From the NCBI RefSeq assembly GCF_009914755.1, contig NC_060933.1: DNA of 64,000 nucleotides; one strand, 5' to 3'. Shown here piece by piece: positions 1-22,784 of the stretch; position 1 is the first letter of the stretch; each line of letters opens with the position of its first letter. The translations under genes were made by a program, and so were the position numbers. This DNA is from the human T2T-CHM13v2.0 reference genome, Homo sapiens. The notes beneath the pieces are model-generated. The model was not told where the DNA came from, did not search any database, and worked only from the letters and a program-made list of their open reading frames with translations.

Positions 1-178
1 AAATTAATGTTTCCTCCTCAAGCTCAAAAACTCTTATGGATTTTGAGAAATGCATAATGTTATGTCCACCATTACAATATCATATAAAATAGTTTCAGTA
101 CAGTAAAAAAATTGTTTTCATGTTTCACATATTTAACCCTACTTCCTCTCCCCTCACCTCTGGAAGCACTAATCTTTT

Positions 179-483
<305 letters not shown>

Positions 484-497
484 AGCACTAATCTTTT

Positions 498-1480
498 ATA
501 CTATATTGTTTTGCCTTTTTTACCATGTCATATATTTAGCAATATATAATACGAGGCATTTGCTGACTAATTTCTTTCACAGAGCAATAAATATTGAATA
601 TTCATGTATTTATTCCTGTAGATTTATATTTATTTCTTTTTTCTGGATGTACCAGTATATCAATTCACTTATTTAAGGTTTAAGGTCATGTAGGTTGCTG
701 TCCATTTTTGATAATTATAAAAAAGAGCTCTGATAAACACTCACATTTTTATGTGATATAAATTGTCACATCATTGGGATAAATACCTAGAAGAATGATA
801 GCTGAAGTGCGTGGTGAGACGATATTTAGATTTGTAAGAAACTGCCAATCTGTCTTCCAGCGTGCAGTACCATTTTTAAAATTCCCTTCAGCAAACAGCT
901 ACTATTGCTCTACATTTTCACCAGAATTTGTAATATTTAAGCCATTCTAACTAATGTGTGGTAGTATTACAATTGTTTTAATTTGTGTTTCTCTAAAGAA
1001 AAAAAATACTGTTGAGCATATTTTTATATGCCAGTTGCCATGGGTATTTCGGGGGCAGGGGTGAGGTGTCTTTTCAGATTCTATGCACATTTGTAATTGG
1101 CTTGTTTGCTTTCTTATTATTCAGTTTTCAGAGTTATTTGTATGTTTAGATACCAGTACTTTATTAGATATATGGTTTACAGATATTTTCTTCTAGTTTG
1201 TGGCTTGTCTTTTAACTCTCTGGAGTCTTTCACAGAGCAGAAAATTCCATTTTAAATTTAACAAACTCTAACATTTTTTCTTTTGTAGCTAGAACTTTTC
1301 GTATTAATATTATATCTAAAAATCCATTATCAAACCTAATGTCACTCATTACCTGTAAAGCATACTTTCTTTTTCAACTATTCTAGTGGTTCCCCAGAGT
1401 ATCCAACACACATTTGTTACTAATCTAAGATCACCTTCAAATAGCACTCCACCAGTTCACATATAGTGCAGGTACCTTAA
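498..1480 (-). mobile_element. Ancient L1M fragment(s), antisense (host of AluYb8 and LTR12)
   Basis: Degenerate L1 ORF2/3' antisense motifs (AAATACCTAG...GAAACTGCCAA...CCATTCTAA); boundaries approximate. Confidence 0.65.
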
Positions 1481-2725
1481 TAAGAAGTTACAGCGTGATG
1501 GCAGCCCTTGTTCGCTCTCCGTGTCTCCTCGGCCTGGACGTCCACTCTGGCCGCGCTTGAAGAGCCCTTCGCCCCACCGCTGCACTGTGGGAGCCCGTCT
1601 GTGGGCTGGCCAAGGCCGGAGCATGCTCCCTCTGCTTGTGGGGAGGTGTGGAGGGAGAGGCACAGGCGGGAACTGAGGCTCTGCGCGGCACACATGGGGG
1701 CGGCCCTGCACTCAGAGTGGTCAGGCTGGCGCCACAGGCCCTGGGCAGTGAGGGGCTTAGCACCCAGGGCCAGCCGCCTCGGAGTATGCGCTGAGTTCCG
1801 CATCACTGCCGGCCCGCCCGCTCTAGGCTCGAATTCTTGCCAGGCCTCAGCCGCCTCGCTGTGGGGCAGGGCTCGGGACCTGCAGCCCGCCATGCTCGAG
1901 CCTTTCCCCGCCTGCCCCTTCCCCCGTGGACTCCCCAGCGGCTGGCGGGAGTCTCCCCAAGGGCACTGCCCCCTGCTTCGTGGCGCCTGGTCCCATCAAC
2001 CACCCAAGGGCTGACTAGTGCAGGCGCCTGGCGTGGGACTGGCGGGCAGCTCCCCCAGCGGCCCCAGCGCGGGATCCGCTAGGCAAGCCAGCTGGGCTCC
2101 CCAGTGAGGTGGGGTCTTGGAGAACTTTTGTGTCTAGCTGGAGGATTGTACATGCGCCAATCAGCACTCTGTGTCTAGCTCAAGGTTTGTAAATGCACCA
2201 ATCAGCACCCTGTCAAAACAGGCCAATCACCTCTCTGCAAAATGGACCAATCAGCAGGATGTGGGTGGGGTCAGGTGAAGGAATAAAAGTAGGCTGCCAC
2301 AAGGGACAGTGATAACCGGCTTGGGTCCGTTTCCGTGGTGTGGAGGGTTTGTGTTTTTGCTGTTTGCAGTAAATCTTGCTGCACACTCTTTGGGTCCACA
2401 CTGCCTTTATGAGCTGTGACAACCACCAGGAAGGTCAGCAGCTTCACTCCTGAGGCCAGTGAGACCAGGAACCCACCGAGAGGAATGAATAACTCCAGAC
2501 GTGCTGCCTTAAGAGCTGTAACACTCACCGCGAAGGTCTGCGGCTTCACTCCTGAAGCCAGCGAGACCACAAACCCACCAGAAGGAAGAAACTCCGAACA
2601 CGTCCAAACATCAGAAAGAACAAACTCCGGACACACCATCTTTAAGAACGGTAACACTCACCACTAGGGTCTGCAGCTTCATTCTTGAAGTCAGTGAGAC
2701 CAAGAACCCACCAATTCTGGACACA
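1481..2725 (+). mobile_element. Solo LTR12 (ERV9) LTR
   Basis: CpG-rich U3 start (CAGCGTG...GAGCCCTTC...CTGCACTGTGGGAGCCC), repeated CCAATCAGC, AATAAA, U5 repeats CTTCACTCCTGAAGCCAGCGAGACC, end CCAATTCTGGACACA; 4-bp TSD TTAA. Confidence 0.93.
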
Positions 2726-2729
2726 TTAA

Positions 2730-4318
2730 TAGAATAGTCCCAGTTCATCCTTCATATCTTTTGTAACATAACCATCAGGCATTTCACTTACCCACATGCT
2801 GTAATTGCCCAAAACATTTACTAATATTACTTTAAACAAACATGTAGTTTAAAAAGATTTAGAATAAGAAAAATAAAACATTTTTTTTCCTTTTTCAACA
2901 TACTTGCTTTCTTATTGTAAATACAGTTTTCTGATCATATCATTCTTCTCCTCCATGAATAACCTCTTTTAACACATTTGCAGGAAAGTTTTCTGGCAAT
3001 ATATTCCGTTAGTGTTTTATCGTCTGGTAAATTCTGATTTCCCCTCTGCTTTTGAAGTATAATTTTGCTAGATGTAGAATTCTAAGTTGGTGCATTTATT
3101 CCTTTAACACTTTAAACATTTCCCGCAACTCTCTCCTTTCTTGCCTGGTTTCTTACTGGAAGTGGGCTGAAATCCTTGCTCTTTTTTCTCTACAAGGAAT
3201 GTAGTTTTCATTCCAGATTCTGTCAAGATTTTCTCTTTGTCTATTTATTGATTTATTTTATTTTCTTCTACATATAGGAAATGCTATGTCTGGTGCTGTA
3301 TTTTTGTTGTTTGTCATGAATTGTATTCTCTGAGCTTCCTGGACCGGTTGTTTGTTTCATGTCCTTATGCTTTAAAATTTCTTGATCATTACTCATTTAG
3401 ATAGATTCTCCTCATTTCTCTCTTTCTCGTCTTTCTGCTATTCCAGTTTCCCATTTTGTTCAACTTTAGAGACTGCCCAGCGGGTCTTTGATGTCCTTCA
3501 CTTTTTTTTTTCCGTTTATTTTTTCTTGGCACTTTGTTTTAAAATGTATTTTTGACCTATCTTTAGTTTCACCAATTCTTTCCCCAAACATGTCTGGTCT
3601 ACTAATGAAACCATTGAAAGCATTTTTTAAAAATCTATTGGCGTTATTTTAATTTCTAGCCTTTTCTTTTGGTTCTTTGTTAGAATTTTCATCTCTCTGC
3701 TTATACTAATCATCTTTTATTGAATATTTTCTACATTTTCCACTAGTGTCCTTAACATCTTAATCATAGTTATGTAAAATTTCTTGATTGCTATTTCCAA
3801 AATATGCATCATCATCACTGAGTCTTGTTCTGATGATCATCCTGTCTCTTCAGATTGTTAATTTTTTTCTTGTCTTTTACCATGTTTTGTAATTTTGTTG
3901 CCATTGTTGAGAGCCAGACATGTGGTATCCATAATAGATATTGAGATAAATTGATGCTGAGATAAATTGATACTGAGATAAAGTTAATTGAGGATATATG
4001 TTAATCTGTCTTGGAGTTGAACTGCATTTAATATTTGTTATAGCTCAAGTTTCTGAAGGTTTCAAATTCCTCTAGTGTCCTTGTTTTTGTCTCCTCCCTT
4101 AACTTTAGGTTTCCTTAAGTACTCATCTTCAAACAGTGTCTGTTTCTTATAGCTCTTTTGTCTGTCTCCTTATATTGGAGTCATGTTGGTTTAAATTTTA
4201 TGGTATGAGCAGAGAAATATGTTCTATAGTGCTCTGATTGAATATCCGCCTTTCAGTGGGCCTATGTCTTAGGTTATGACTTTTACGAGTGTTTTGCCAG
4301 TAGTTTATCTTTTGTCCC
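2730..4318 (-). mobile_element. Ancient L1M (ORF1/5' region), antisense
   Basis: T-rich degenerate L1 antisense motifs (TTTTGAAG...GATGTAGAATTCTAAGTTGG; CTCTGAGCTTCCTGGA). Confidence 0.6.
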
Positions 4319-4905
4319 TATTACAGGACTGCCAGATTCATATGCCCACTGAGCAGCAATAGACCAATACACTGAGACATCATAATTTGCAGCAGAAAAA
4401 GAGTTTAATAATCACAATGCCATTGGGCAAAGAGATGAAGGAATCCTCAAGCTTCAAATCTGTCTGCTTGAGGGGTTCTGGGCCAGGGTTTTTAAGGGGA
4501 TTGTGGCGGGTGAGGTTCTGGAGAATTGGGGTTGTCAATTGGTCAGGTCAAGGAAGATTAAATCATCACGATGTGAAAACTGCATTCTTCTGTGAGTCGG
4601 CTCCTTGCTGGGACCTTCAGATCAACTGGCATCAACAATTTTATCAGTATGTGTAACATAAAGGAGAAACTCAAACAGAAAGCATATCATCTCACGTGCC
4701 TTAGATCTTATCTATAGAAAAGAAAAGGAACACAGTCTTGTGACAAGGGCTACACTATCTTGTGGGAGTAAGAAGTAACTAGCTACAAGGAAGTAGGCCA
4801 AATTGGGATGTGGATTTCATGATTGCCACTGATTATTCTGCAAGCCTAGTTGAATTTTATTTTCTCCCTTAATTGGTTTATAAACTTTTCTTTGGGACAG
4901 TTTCA
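4319..4905 (-). mobile_element. ERV1/MER4-group solo LTR (LOR1-like)
   Basis: Termini T(A)TTAC...GTTTCA, AAAGAGTTTAAT and GGTTTTTAAGG motifs, near-TSD TCCC/TCCT; subfamily uncertain. Confidence 0.6.
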
Positions 4906-4942
4906 TCCTTTATCCCCTTTAGATGAGAAAAGAAGGTTAAAT

Positions 4943-13392
<8,450 letters not shown>

Positions 13393-13395
<3 letters not shown>

Positions 13396-13660
13396 TTGAA
13401 ATATGAGCTATAATGAGGGGCACTAGAGGTACTTGGCTTTAAAAAGACATAGGTGCAGTGACATGATGTTAGTTACATAGCCTTTGAAGCCATGTTGTGT
13501 GAAAGAGCAGTTGGATATTGACATTGGCTACCAAAACCAATGGGTAGGCATTTAGATTTTGGTTCACTAGAAAACCTGAACTATCTATCGATTAAGCTCT
13601 CAAAAACTAAATAGACTGCTGCCTCCTAAATAAAATATGTCTCCCACTGTGGAAATGTCA
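13393..13660 (+). repeat. 268-bp direct duplicate of 17849-18116 (~96% identical)
   Basis: Read by eye: same length, about 10 substitutions, no indels. Confidence 0.95.
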
Positions 13661-14982
13661 TTGATTTTCAATTTGTATAGCTTTTATTATTATTATTGTA
13701 AGGCCAGGAATGACAACTTCTGAGCCCTTCACATGTTGGTGATAAATCCAAAAGTCCTGTAATGTATTTGTTTTCTCATTTTTTAAAACCAAATATTTGA
13801 AGCTATTTTATTAAGGGTTTCCTTTTCCTCAAAAAGTAAATGCATTAAATATAATCTAGATATTCTACACTCATGAGAAAGATATTTCATTGTATATAAC
13901 CAGAGCTATAGGCCTACAAACATTTGGACTTTATCAGAGGTAAATAATAAGAGATAATACTATTAGTTAAAATTAAAGTATAAATTTAGATCATTATTTT
14001 TAATTGGTTATTTTTTAAAGGTGACATAACTTTAATTTACAATGTAAACTCAGGAATGAAAAAGCATTAAGTAACTCATGATCTGTAATGAAAATTTCAA
14101 AATTTAAGGTAAGTAATGAGATTTCCCCATATTTCTGTGTTTAATTCATCAATGTTTTTAAAATACTTAAACCAGCTAAGAAGTGTGTTCAGGTTTCTAT
14201 TTATTTTAAAAGTGAATTATGTATTTTTCTCACAAGGGAGGATGATTGTAGAGGAGTTTAGAGCCTGCATCGTGGTTCCAAGTTAGCATCACCGTTCCTG
14301 GTCCTTCCATCTTTCTGCTTAGTCATATTTAACTTGTGTTTATTTCTTCATGATCAGAATATGTGTCTTTTTCAACTATCATATGTATGTTCTAGGTAGA
14401 AAGGAGAAAAACAAGAATTTATGTTGTTCTGTCAAATTATAGAAAGTTTATTTGATAATAAATCAACTGTTAAAAAGTACCCATTAAAAGTTTAATAAGT
14501 ATACAATATTAAAAGAAAGCATGGGACTTTGCACAATTGTGAAATCTATTGAGAATTTTGTAAGTTTTTAAATTTTGATCTGTGCTGTCATTTATTAATT
14601 CAGTCAAAATTTGCTTCAAAAACACATAGTTGTCAGAATATGTAAGTGCCTTAGAAGAGTGCAATCTATAAGTAAAATAATTCTGAATATTCATCTGAAA
14701 TAGTTTGAAAAGGTTTTGAAAATCTACTGTCTCTCTTATTTCTTGTAATCAACATATTTCTCAATAGGAAAATTCACCATTTGCCATCAAAATGTATTGT
14801 CTGAAACTTCCACTGGAACCTTCATATGGCAAAATATGTAGGCATTCTGAGGAGATGCAAAGTTTGGTAAGCAGAATAAATGTGTTTTAATATTTAATAA
14901 TTATAAATGATATTTGGAAAATTATAAAGATGTTCTTAGTTCAATTAATAGAGTAAGATTTATATATCTATTAAGAGTGCTG

Positions 14983-15360
<378 letters not shown>

Positions 15361-15693
15361 TTAGTTGAGATATTTGAAATTACTGGAAAGCAAAAGGAAA
15401 TTTTAATGTACTGCGGAGTAGCCTAGGGTAGTATGTGTATGTATTTCTACTAAATGCAAAAGAAAGCACCAGATAAAAATGCAATAGGCTTCTACTTCTA
15501 GTTCAGGATGGGAAAAGATGGGGAAGACCAAAAAAGATCTGCATAATGCACAAATCCATGTGATTTCTGAAGGGAGTGGACACGATCAGTCTTGATAAAC
15601 TGATAACTAGTTAGTGGATCTGCAGGTTTCATCTGTGGTATTTTCTTTTAGATGATTTGTGTAGTGACTAAAAAACAGTCAATACATTTAAAT

Positions 15694-15765
15694 AAACTGC
15701 ACATTGTGCACATGTACTCTAAAACTTAAAGTATAATAAAAAAATAATACAATAAATAAATAAAC
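15694..15765 (+). mobile_element. Very short L1PA 3' end
   Basis: CTGCACATTGTGCACATGTACTCTAAAACTTAAAGTATAATAAA plus A-rich tail. Confidence 0.8.
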
Positions 15766-17186
15766 TTATTTTCTGGTTTAGTAATTGAGGTTCACCAATG
15801 TCTATTATTAATTGTTAACTATTTCCTAACCAATAATCTGTCTTATATTAAACTGTACATACACATTACAAGAAATTTGTTACACTCACACATAACTGAA
15901 TAACATATTTAATGCTTATATAGGTGTGCATTTAATGTTAAAATCTAGATATAAAAATAAGAAAATGAAACCATAATTTTTAAGTAATGGAACTTGTTCC
16001 AAAAAATCAAATGTGGTTATGCATTGGTATGACAATTCTGAATCCTGTCCTCAGGCAGCATCTGAACACTGTTTTATTAGCTATCAATAAATTGTCTGCA
16101 CTGCAGGCCGATGATGGTTTAAGGACAGCAGTGTTAATAATAATGTTCAAAGTGTCAGTCTGGAGGGGAGGCAATAATTGACTATATGAGACTATTAAGC
16201 TATAAAAACAATGTATAATTTTGAGCATCAAAATATGATAGACAGAGCTTCAAATGCTCTTGGTGAAGTCATTATTAACACATACAAAACTGATTTTCAT
16301 TCAACATTTACTGTAGAGAAAATTATATTCCATCAGGCTTTAAAATTGAGAAGAAAACAGAAAGAGTAAGTCTTAAATGCCTTTCTTCCTCACCTTCCTC
16401 CTTCACCTAGTTTGCCTGCGGACCTACACTGTTACATTCCCACATACCTCCTGTGTGTATTTCTTTGCAGATCATTTACCTTACATTTCTACATTTCCCC
16501 TTAATTTTTTCCTCATCAATAGATGAGAAAAAAATTTGTTAAATCATGGTAGATGAATATGGACCAGATCATCCCATGAACTACGTTCAATCATTGGTTT
16601 TACCTTTCAAAAAATTCTGAATGAAATATGTAATAATTTAATATTCTAAAACTTTATTTTTTCAGGAATATTTACATATATTCACCCTTCCTTCTAAAAC
16701 AGTGGCCAGAGCAGTTAGAAAACAAAAGCATGAGAAACAGTAACTCTTACAGTTGTATTATGCCTGTATGCCTCCCCAGTTCTGCAAAGATTATGAGGAT
16801 TTTTTTAGGTCTGTACATAGTTTTAAAATATCCTTAAACAATCCACATAAATAAACTCATTACCATAATAATCTGCAAGATAGACATTGTCATCCTCAAG
16901 TAATATCAAATAAATCTTATTTGCCTGCAAGATCTGAATCTGAAAATCCCAAAGCTCAAGTTTACCTAGCTAATAGGTAGTAAGACTGGGGCCTCAATCT
17001 GGTTTATCTAATTCTGAAAAGTGTTTTGCTATAAAAGCACTATAGGAAATAAAACATTAGACTTTATACCTTTAGATAATAAGAATATTTATGTCATTGA
17101 ACCTGAAAAGATACTGTTTAACTTTCATGTTCTACTTGTCATTTTTCTTTTCTGCTTTTATATGTAATTTAGGTAATAGATACCCA

Positions 17187-17630
17187 AGAATCAACTTAAA
17201 TTCCCATCAGTGGTAGACTGGAAAAAGAAAGTACGGTACATATACACCATGAATTACTATGCAGCCATAAAAAAGAATGAGATCTGTCCTTTGCAGCAAC
17301 ATGGATGGAGCTTGGAGGCCATTATCCTTAGCAAAGTAACACAGGATCAGAAAACCCAATACTCCCTATTTTCACTTATCACTGGGAGCTAAATAATGAG
17401 AACACATTGACAGAAAGAGCAGCACAATAGACACTAGGGTGTGCTTGAGGGAGGAGGATGAGAGATGGGTGAGGTTCAGGGAAAAAAAATTGTTGGGTAC
17501 TATGCTTACTACTCAGGTGACAAAATAATCTGTACATCAAACCCCTGAGTCACGAATTTACCTAAAGAACAAACCTCCACACGTTCCCATGAACCTAAAA
17601 TAAAAGTTAAAATATTTAAAATAATAATAA
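17187..17630 (+). mobile_element. Old L1PA/L1PB 3' end
   Basis: ORF2 C-terminal remnant (ORF 17210..17392) and 3'UTR ending GAACCTAAAATAAAAGTT. Confidence 0.85.
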
Positions 17631-17805
17631 TAATTTAAAAATGTGAAATGTTGTGATAATTACTAAAATGTCAAATAGAGACACAAGGTGAGCACGTTGT
17701 TGGAAAAATAGAATGAATAGACTTGCTTGATGCAAGATTGCCACAAACCTTCAATTTGTGAAAAATGTGTTATTTGTGAAGAGCTATAAAGTGAAGCACA
17801 CGCAA
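17630..17805 (+). mobile_element. Tigger1 3' terminal fragment
   Basis: AGAGACACAAGGTGAGCAC...GTTGGAAAAAT...ATAGACTTGCTTGATGCA...GCCACAAACCTTCAATTTGT. Confidence 0.75.
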
Positions 17806-17848
17806 AAAAAGTGAGTTTGATTAATGCAATTCATTGTTGCTGAAAGAT

Positions 17849-18116
17849 ACCTTGAAATATGAGCTATAATGAGGGGCACTAGAGGTACTTGGCTTTAAAA
17901 AGACATAGGTGCAGTGGCATGATGTTAGTTACATAGCCTTTGAAGCCATGTTGTATGAAAGAGCAGTTGGATATTGACGTTGGCTACGAAAACCAATGGG
18001 TAGGCATTTAGATTTTGGTTCAGTAGAAAATCTGAACCATCTATCGATTAAGCTCTCAAAAACTAAATAGACTGCTGCCTCCTAAATAAAATATGTCTCC
18101 CACCATGGAAATATCA
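17849..18116 (+). repeat. Second copy of the 268-bp duplication
   Basis: ACCTTGAAATATGAGCTATAATGAGGGGCAC...GGAAATATCA. Confidence 0.95.
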
Positions 18117-19221
18117 AGCTAGGGTCACAATTCAAGTAATGTAAATATGAATCTAATGACTTCCAAGATGCTTTTCCAACTTAAAGTTTTTGACAAGTAC
18201 CTTTTAAAACAGTATACCATTTGAATTACCTGCAGCCATTTTAATATTTCTGAGAGGGTTTTTTTGTGTGTGTGCTCCTTCTGTCATCACATGGAGAGTT
18301 ATTTTGCCTTTTAGGGTAAAATATAAAAACAAATGCACGTCACAATATGATGTGGCAAACGTTACCCAGAAGCCTTAGTGATGTTGTTGCGATGGTATTA
18401 GCATGCACAGAGTATGCAACTCGCAGCTCTGCTGTGTGCACTTGTTCTTTTGCTTTCTCTCATGTGTTCTGCTCCATATATTTTAAGAGAGTTTAATGTG
18501 GGTGTTCCAATTCAATCCCATTAGAGTACTATGTATATTATTGTTACTAAACCTTGCCTTCATAATCATTCCTATGTATGTGGTCTATTGAAAAGCAATC
18601 ATTTATATCTTTAGGAGGATGAATGGGAAGTCACAGATCTAGAACAATAATCAACTTGAACTCATGCTGCTAGCACAGGTATGGATTTTTAATATAATCT
18701 CAGGCAGGGAAGTGCTTGTAGGCATGTTTTCTCAGTCAGGAGCTGAGAGCATATGCACGATGGCAGACACAAGGTAACTACCCTTTGGCTGGTTGAAAGA
18801 TGAAGTCATTATAAAGCTGGATTTTAAACCAAATGCAGTGCTGGCTGTTGTCTGGACTTACCTAAAACATACACTATATTTTAAAAAGAAGGCTGAGAGT
18901 CACAGAAGTAAAACAAATAAATTCCAAAGTTGGTGTTTTATATTATCATTTATCTGCAATAAGTGATAATTGATATTCCAAAAATATACTTTGCTTTGAA
19001 TTCAAATTGTTTATTTTGAACAATTAGTGAGTTCATCTCTGCACATGCCTAAAGAAGATAAATCAATAAATAAAAGAATAAAAATTAAAACTCTATATAA
19101 TAAACACTTGATTTCTTAGTCCTGATTTCTCTTTTATTATGAAGACCAGAAGCAGAATGTTATTCTATTTTACCTAAAAATATATATATGATCTTTAGAA
19201 ACTCCTTGTCAGCAATCATCT

Positions 19222-19225
<4 letters not shown>

Positions 19226-19261
<36 letters not shown>
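19226..19261. repeat. (TG)n(TA)n compound microsatellite
   Basis: Directly visible. Confidence 0.9.
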
Positions 19262-19514
19262 CTCATACAAACAATATGTATCACATTTATATGTTATCAA
19301 GCACAATCATATAATAAACCCACAAATGTCCAACTCCAAAACTAGAAAATTATTAATAGCTTGTACTACTCCTGTGTTCTTCCCCATCTGCCTGTAGGAA
19401 TTATTTCTTTTTCTAAAATAGTTTTCTTACATACATATATATATCAAAGAATGTGTTTTTGCTTATTTTTCAGCTACAAGACTGTGTCACACTGTATATA
19501 GTCTACTGTATTAC

Positions 19515-19973
<459 letters not shown>

Positions 19974-20259
19974 CTACTGTATTACTTTTTATGCCTCCAG
20001 AATTTTTCTGTGTTGTTGCAGGTGTCTGTTGTGCCTTAATTTTTGCTATTGTAGAGGATTCTATTATGTGCAATTGTGCAGCAGTCTATGTATCTGTTCC
20101 CCTGTGGATGGACATTTGGGTTGTGTCCAGTGTCTCTTGACAACCTACCTTGTGCCATGCCCCCGACCCTCCTGCCATTACTCCACAATCTAGCTACATC
20201 CACAAAGCCATGACTTCACAAAACCCTGTCTTCCACTTCTGAGCTCCAGACCATATAAA

Positions 20260-20450
20260 AGGCATAATTGTGTTTATTGAGCACTTACTCTGAGCTAGAA
20301 ATGATTCTCAACATTTTACATGTGGTAGCGCATTTAATATTCACAGCAACACAAATGGGAAGTAATATTCTTATCACCGTTTTACAAATGAGAAGCCCAA
20401 GGCCCAGAAGAGTTGAATATCTTGCTCAAGATCACACACCTTTTGCCACC
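20260..20450 (-). mobile_element. MIR fragment
   Basis: TTTATTGAGCACTTAC...TTTTACAAATGAGAAGCCCAAGGCCCAGA...CTTGCTCAAGATCACAC. Confidence 0.65.
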
Positions 20451-22087
20451 CCCCATTCCAAGTCCCATAGGCAACTCAGACTCAGCACATCCATGATGTA
20501 ACTTATCATCTTCCTCTCCAAACCATTTCCTCACTTGTGCCCTACTCTCAGTGGGGACATCTCCAATCCCCAGGCCCAAGCTGGAAACCGGAAGCCATTT
20601 CTGACTCCTCCCTCACCCACTCCATCCAAATGGAGCCCAAGTCCTGTACATTGTACTTCTTGGGTATTGATCAATCCCGGCCCTTGTCTCCACGCCCACG
20701 GTGCTGACCCATTGTTAGGTGCCCGGCTGCTGCTCCTGGGTCATCACTTCCCAGCACTCTCTTTGCAGGCCCATCTCCACCATTTCCAGCATCCTACACA
20801 CTGCGGCTCAGGTGTGCTTTCTAAACCTCACCTCACCATGTCCCCATCTCCAGAATGAAGCCCAGCCTCCTCTGCTCATCCCCTCAAACTGTAAAGTGCA
20901 GATCCCAGACCCAAAAAGGACACCCCCCACCACAATACCCTGCTCTGTCTCCTCCTCTGGGAAGCCTCCTGGCCTTGGCCCAGAGGCTGGATGTGAGCTC
21001 CCCCACCCCAAGCCCCACAGCCTCCAAGCCTCCCACTCTGCACTCACCTTCTTCCTTATAATTACCTGTCACCCATTAAACTGCAACCCTCAAAGGCAGA
21101 GCCCAGTGCATCCACTGTGCATCCCCAGTGTCCAGGCAGGGCCTGCACACAGTAGGTGGACAATAATTGTTGAAAGGCAAAATACATGAGCAATGACAGG
21201 AACCATGGGTGATACTGCCTTCTGAGCCCCAGGCAACAGAGTGATTCCTGCCTGGCCCCAGGGTCAGTGGATCCTGGCCCCTCACCCCACCCAACCTCTG
21301 CAGCTGCTTCCCTGGAGCCCTTGGAGCCCTAAGAGGCCTCTTCCTGTGTCTTCATGTGTTCGAAGGATTTCCCTCTTTGCATCTTCCTTTCCTATTCCTT
21401 CATGTGGGAGCACTCTGGCACCAGGAAGAAGAAAGAGGAGCCCAACCCCTTACCAGCCTTCAATCTATAACAAGCATTCTCAAGGGAATTAAAACTGATT
21501 CTTAAAAGGGGAGGTGAAAAAAAACTTACTCTTTTTTACGTATAAAGCACAGAACATATACAGAACATAAACAGATGTATAGTATATCTGTGGTATTAAA
21601 ATTTCATGTGATTAAGAAAAAAAAATCTGGAAGAATACTAGGGAAGGCACTAATGAAAAAAAGGCTAAAAAATTCTGATCTACCTTCTTGGGCCATGCCT
21701 TGTCTGGTCCAAGAACCGGCCAGAACTCGGGGAAGTGAACAACCAGGGGAGAGTCTAGAGTCCAATCTCAGGATCCCCTCAAAGTATTTCCAAAGCCAAC
21801 CCCCCATCAGTCAGCTACAGTCCTTTCACCAAAACCGCCCTTCCTTCCCCCTTGCCTGAAAATCCCTCATTCTGTTTCTGTCATTCTTTCATCTTACCTT
21901 GTTCCTACTGAGGGCGCAGGTCAGTTCTTCCCCATTCTCCCCCTGGGGCACCCCAGTTCCCAGGGCATGAAAGACTTGAGGTGCCTCACCTCTACACCTT
22001 GGGCTAAGACATAGCCCTAGAGCTCCTGGAAGAACCCAGGAGGGAAGCCCAACCACAGGAGGCCCCCAGGAAGTGGGGGTACTGCTG

Positions 22088-22426
22088 TGGGACAAGCTTC
22101 TCTTTATTGGGGAAGGGATGGGATCACAAATAATCTCTGCTTAGAAGTGCTCTAGGGCCATGGATTCATGTAAGGGTGGGGCAGGGTGGACTGAAGATCT
22201 GTTGGCAGGGCTCATAGAGATGAGGGTAAGGGGAGAGATCATGGGTTCATGAGATCCCATCTTGGGCAATACAGTTATCCCATGGTCTTCATATGCCACA
22301 GAGTCCTCCAATTTCAGTGGCTCCCGTGGGATGGTGGAGCCAATGAAGACCAGGTAGATGATGCCACCTAGAGAGGCACCCAGAAGTGGTGCCACCACTG
22401 GCACCCACCACAAGTTCTCCCCATTG
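22088..22426 (-). pseudogene. AQP7: AQP7 paralogue exon 8 (last; native stop TAA at 22143-22141, polyA signal 22108-22103)
   Basis: NGENLWWVPVVAPLLGASLGGIIYLVFIGSTIPREPLKLEDS...ESMALEHF* (ORF track 22141..22521). Confidence 0.95.
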
Positions 22427-22784
22427 CTGCAGGCAAGAGGCAGAGGCCAGCTGAGGGGGCTGATGCCCAGGACAGCACCCTCATCCACCTCGGGCCAAGA
22501 CTGGTTGAGCAGAGGAGTCATCCTCAGGCTAACCCAGGAAACACCCCCAACCCGGGGCCCTGGTCAGCCTCAGCCCGATTCAGGGACAGGGTTGACACTC
22601 AGTGCAGGTGCAGGATCTGTATCTGTACTGGCCTGGGGAAATGTTGGGACTCACTCCTGCTCCCCAGGCCACCTGGGGGCTCTGCAGGACCCTCCTGTGC
22701 TGCCCCTCACATCACCCCCCACACCTCAACACACAGGGGCCCCACAGAAAATCTCAAAGGAATGGGCCTGGGCAGGGGAAGTAC

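Noticed and set aside
2410-2715. Spaced direct repeats resembling an array
   Set aside because: Standard LTR12 U5 repeats; not CRISPR-like
3951-3992. 16-bp tandem repeat TGAGATAAATTGAT(G/A)C, about 2.5 copies
   Set aside because: Local slippage inside an old L1 with no evident significance
15985-16200. Non-repetitive, enhancer-looking stretch with short ORFs on both strands
   Set aside because: No recognisable protein or splice structure; conservation cannot be assessed without alignments
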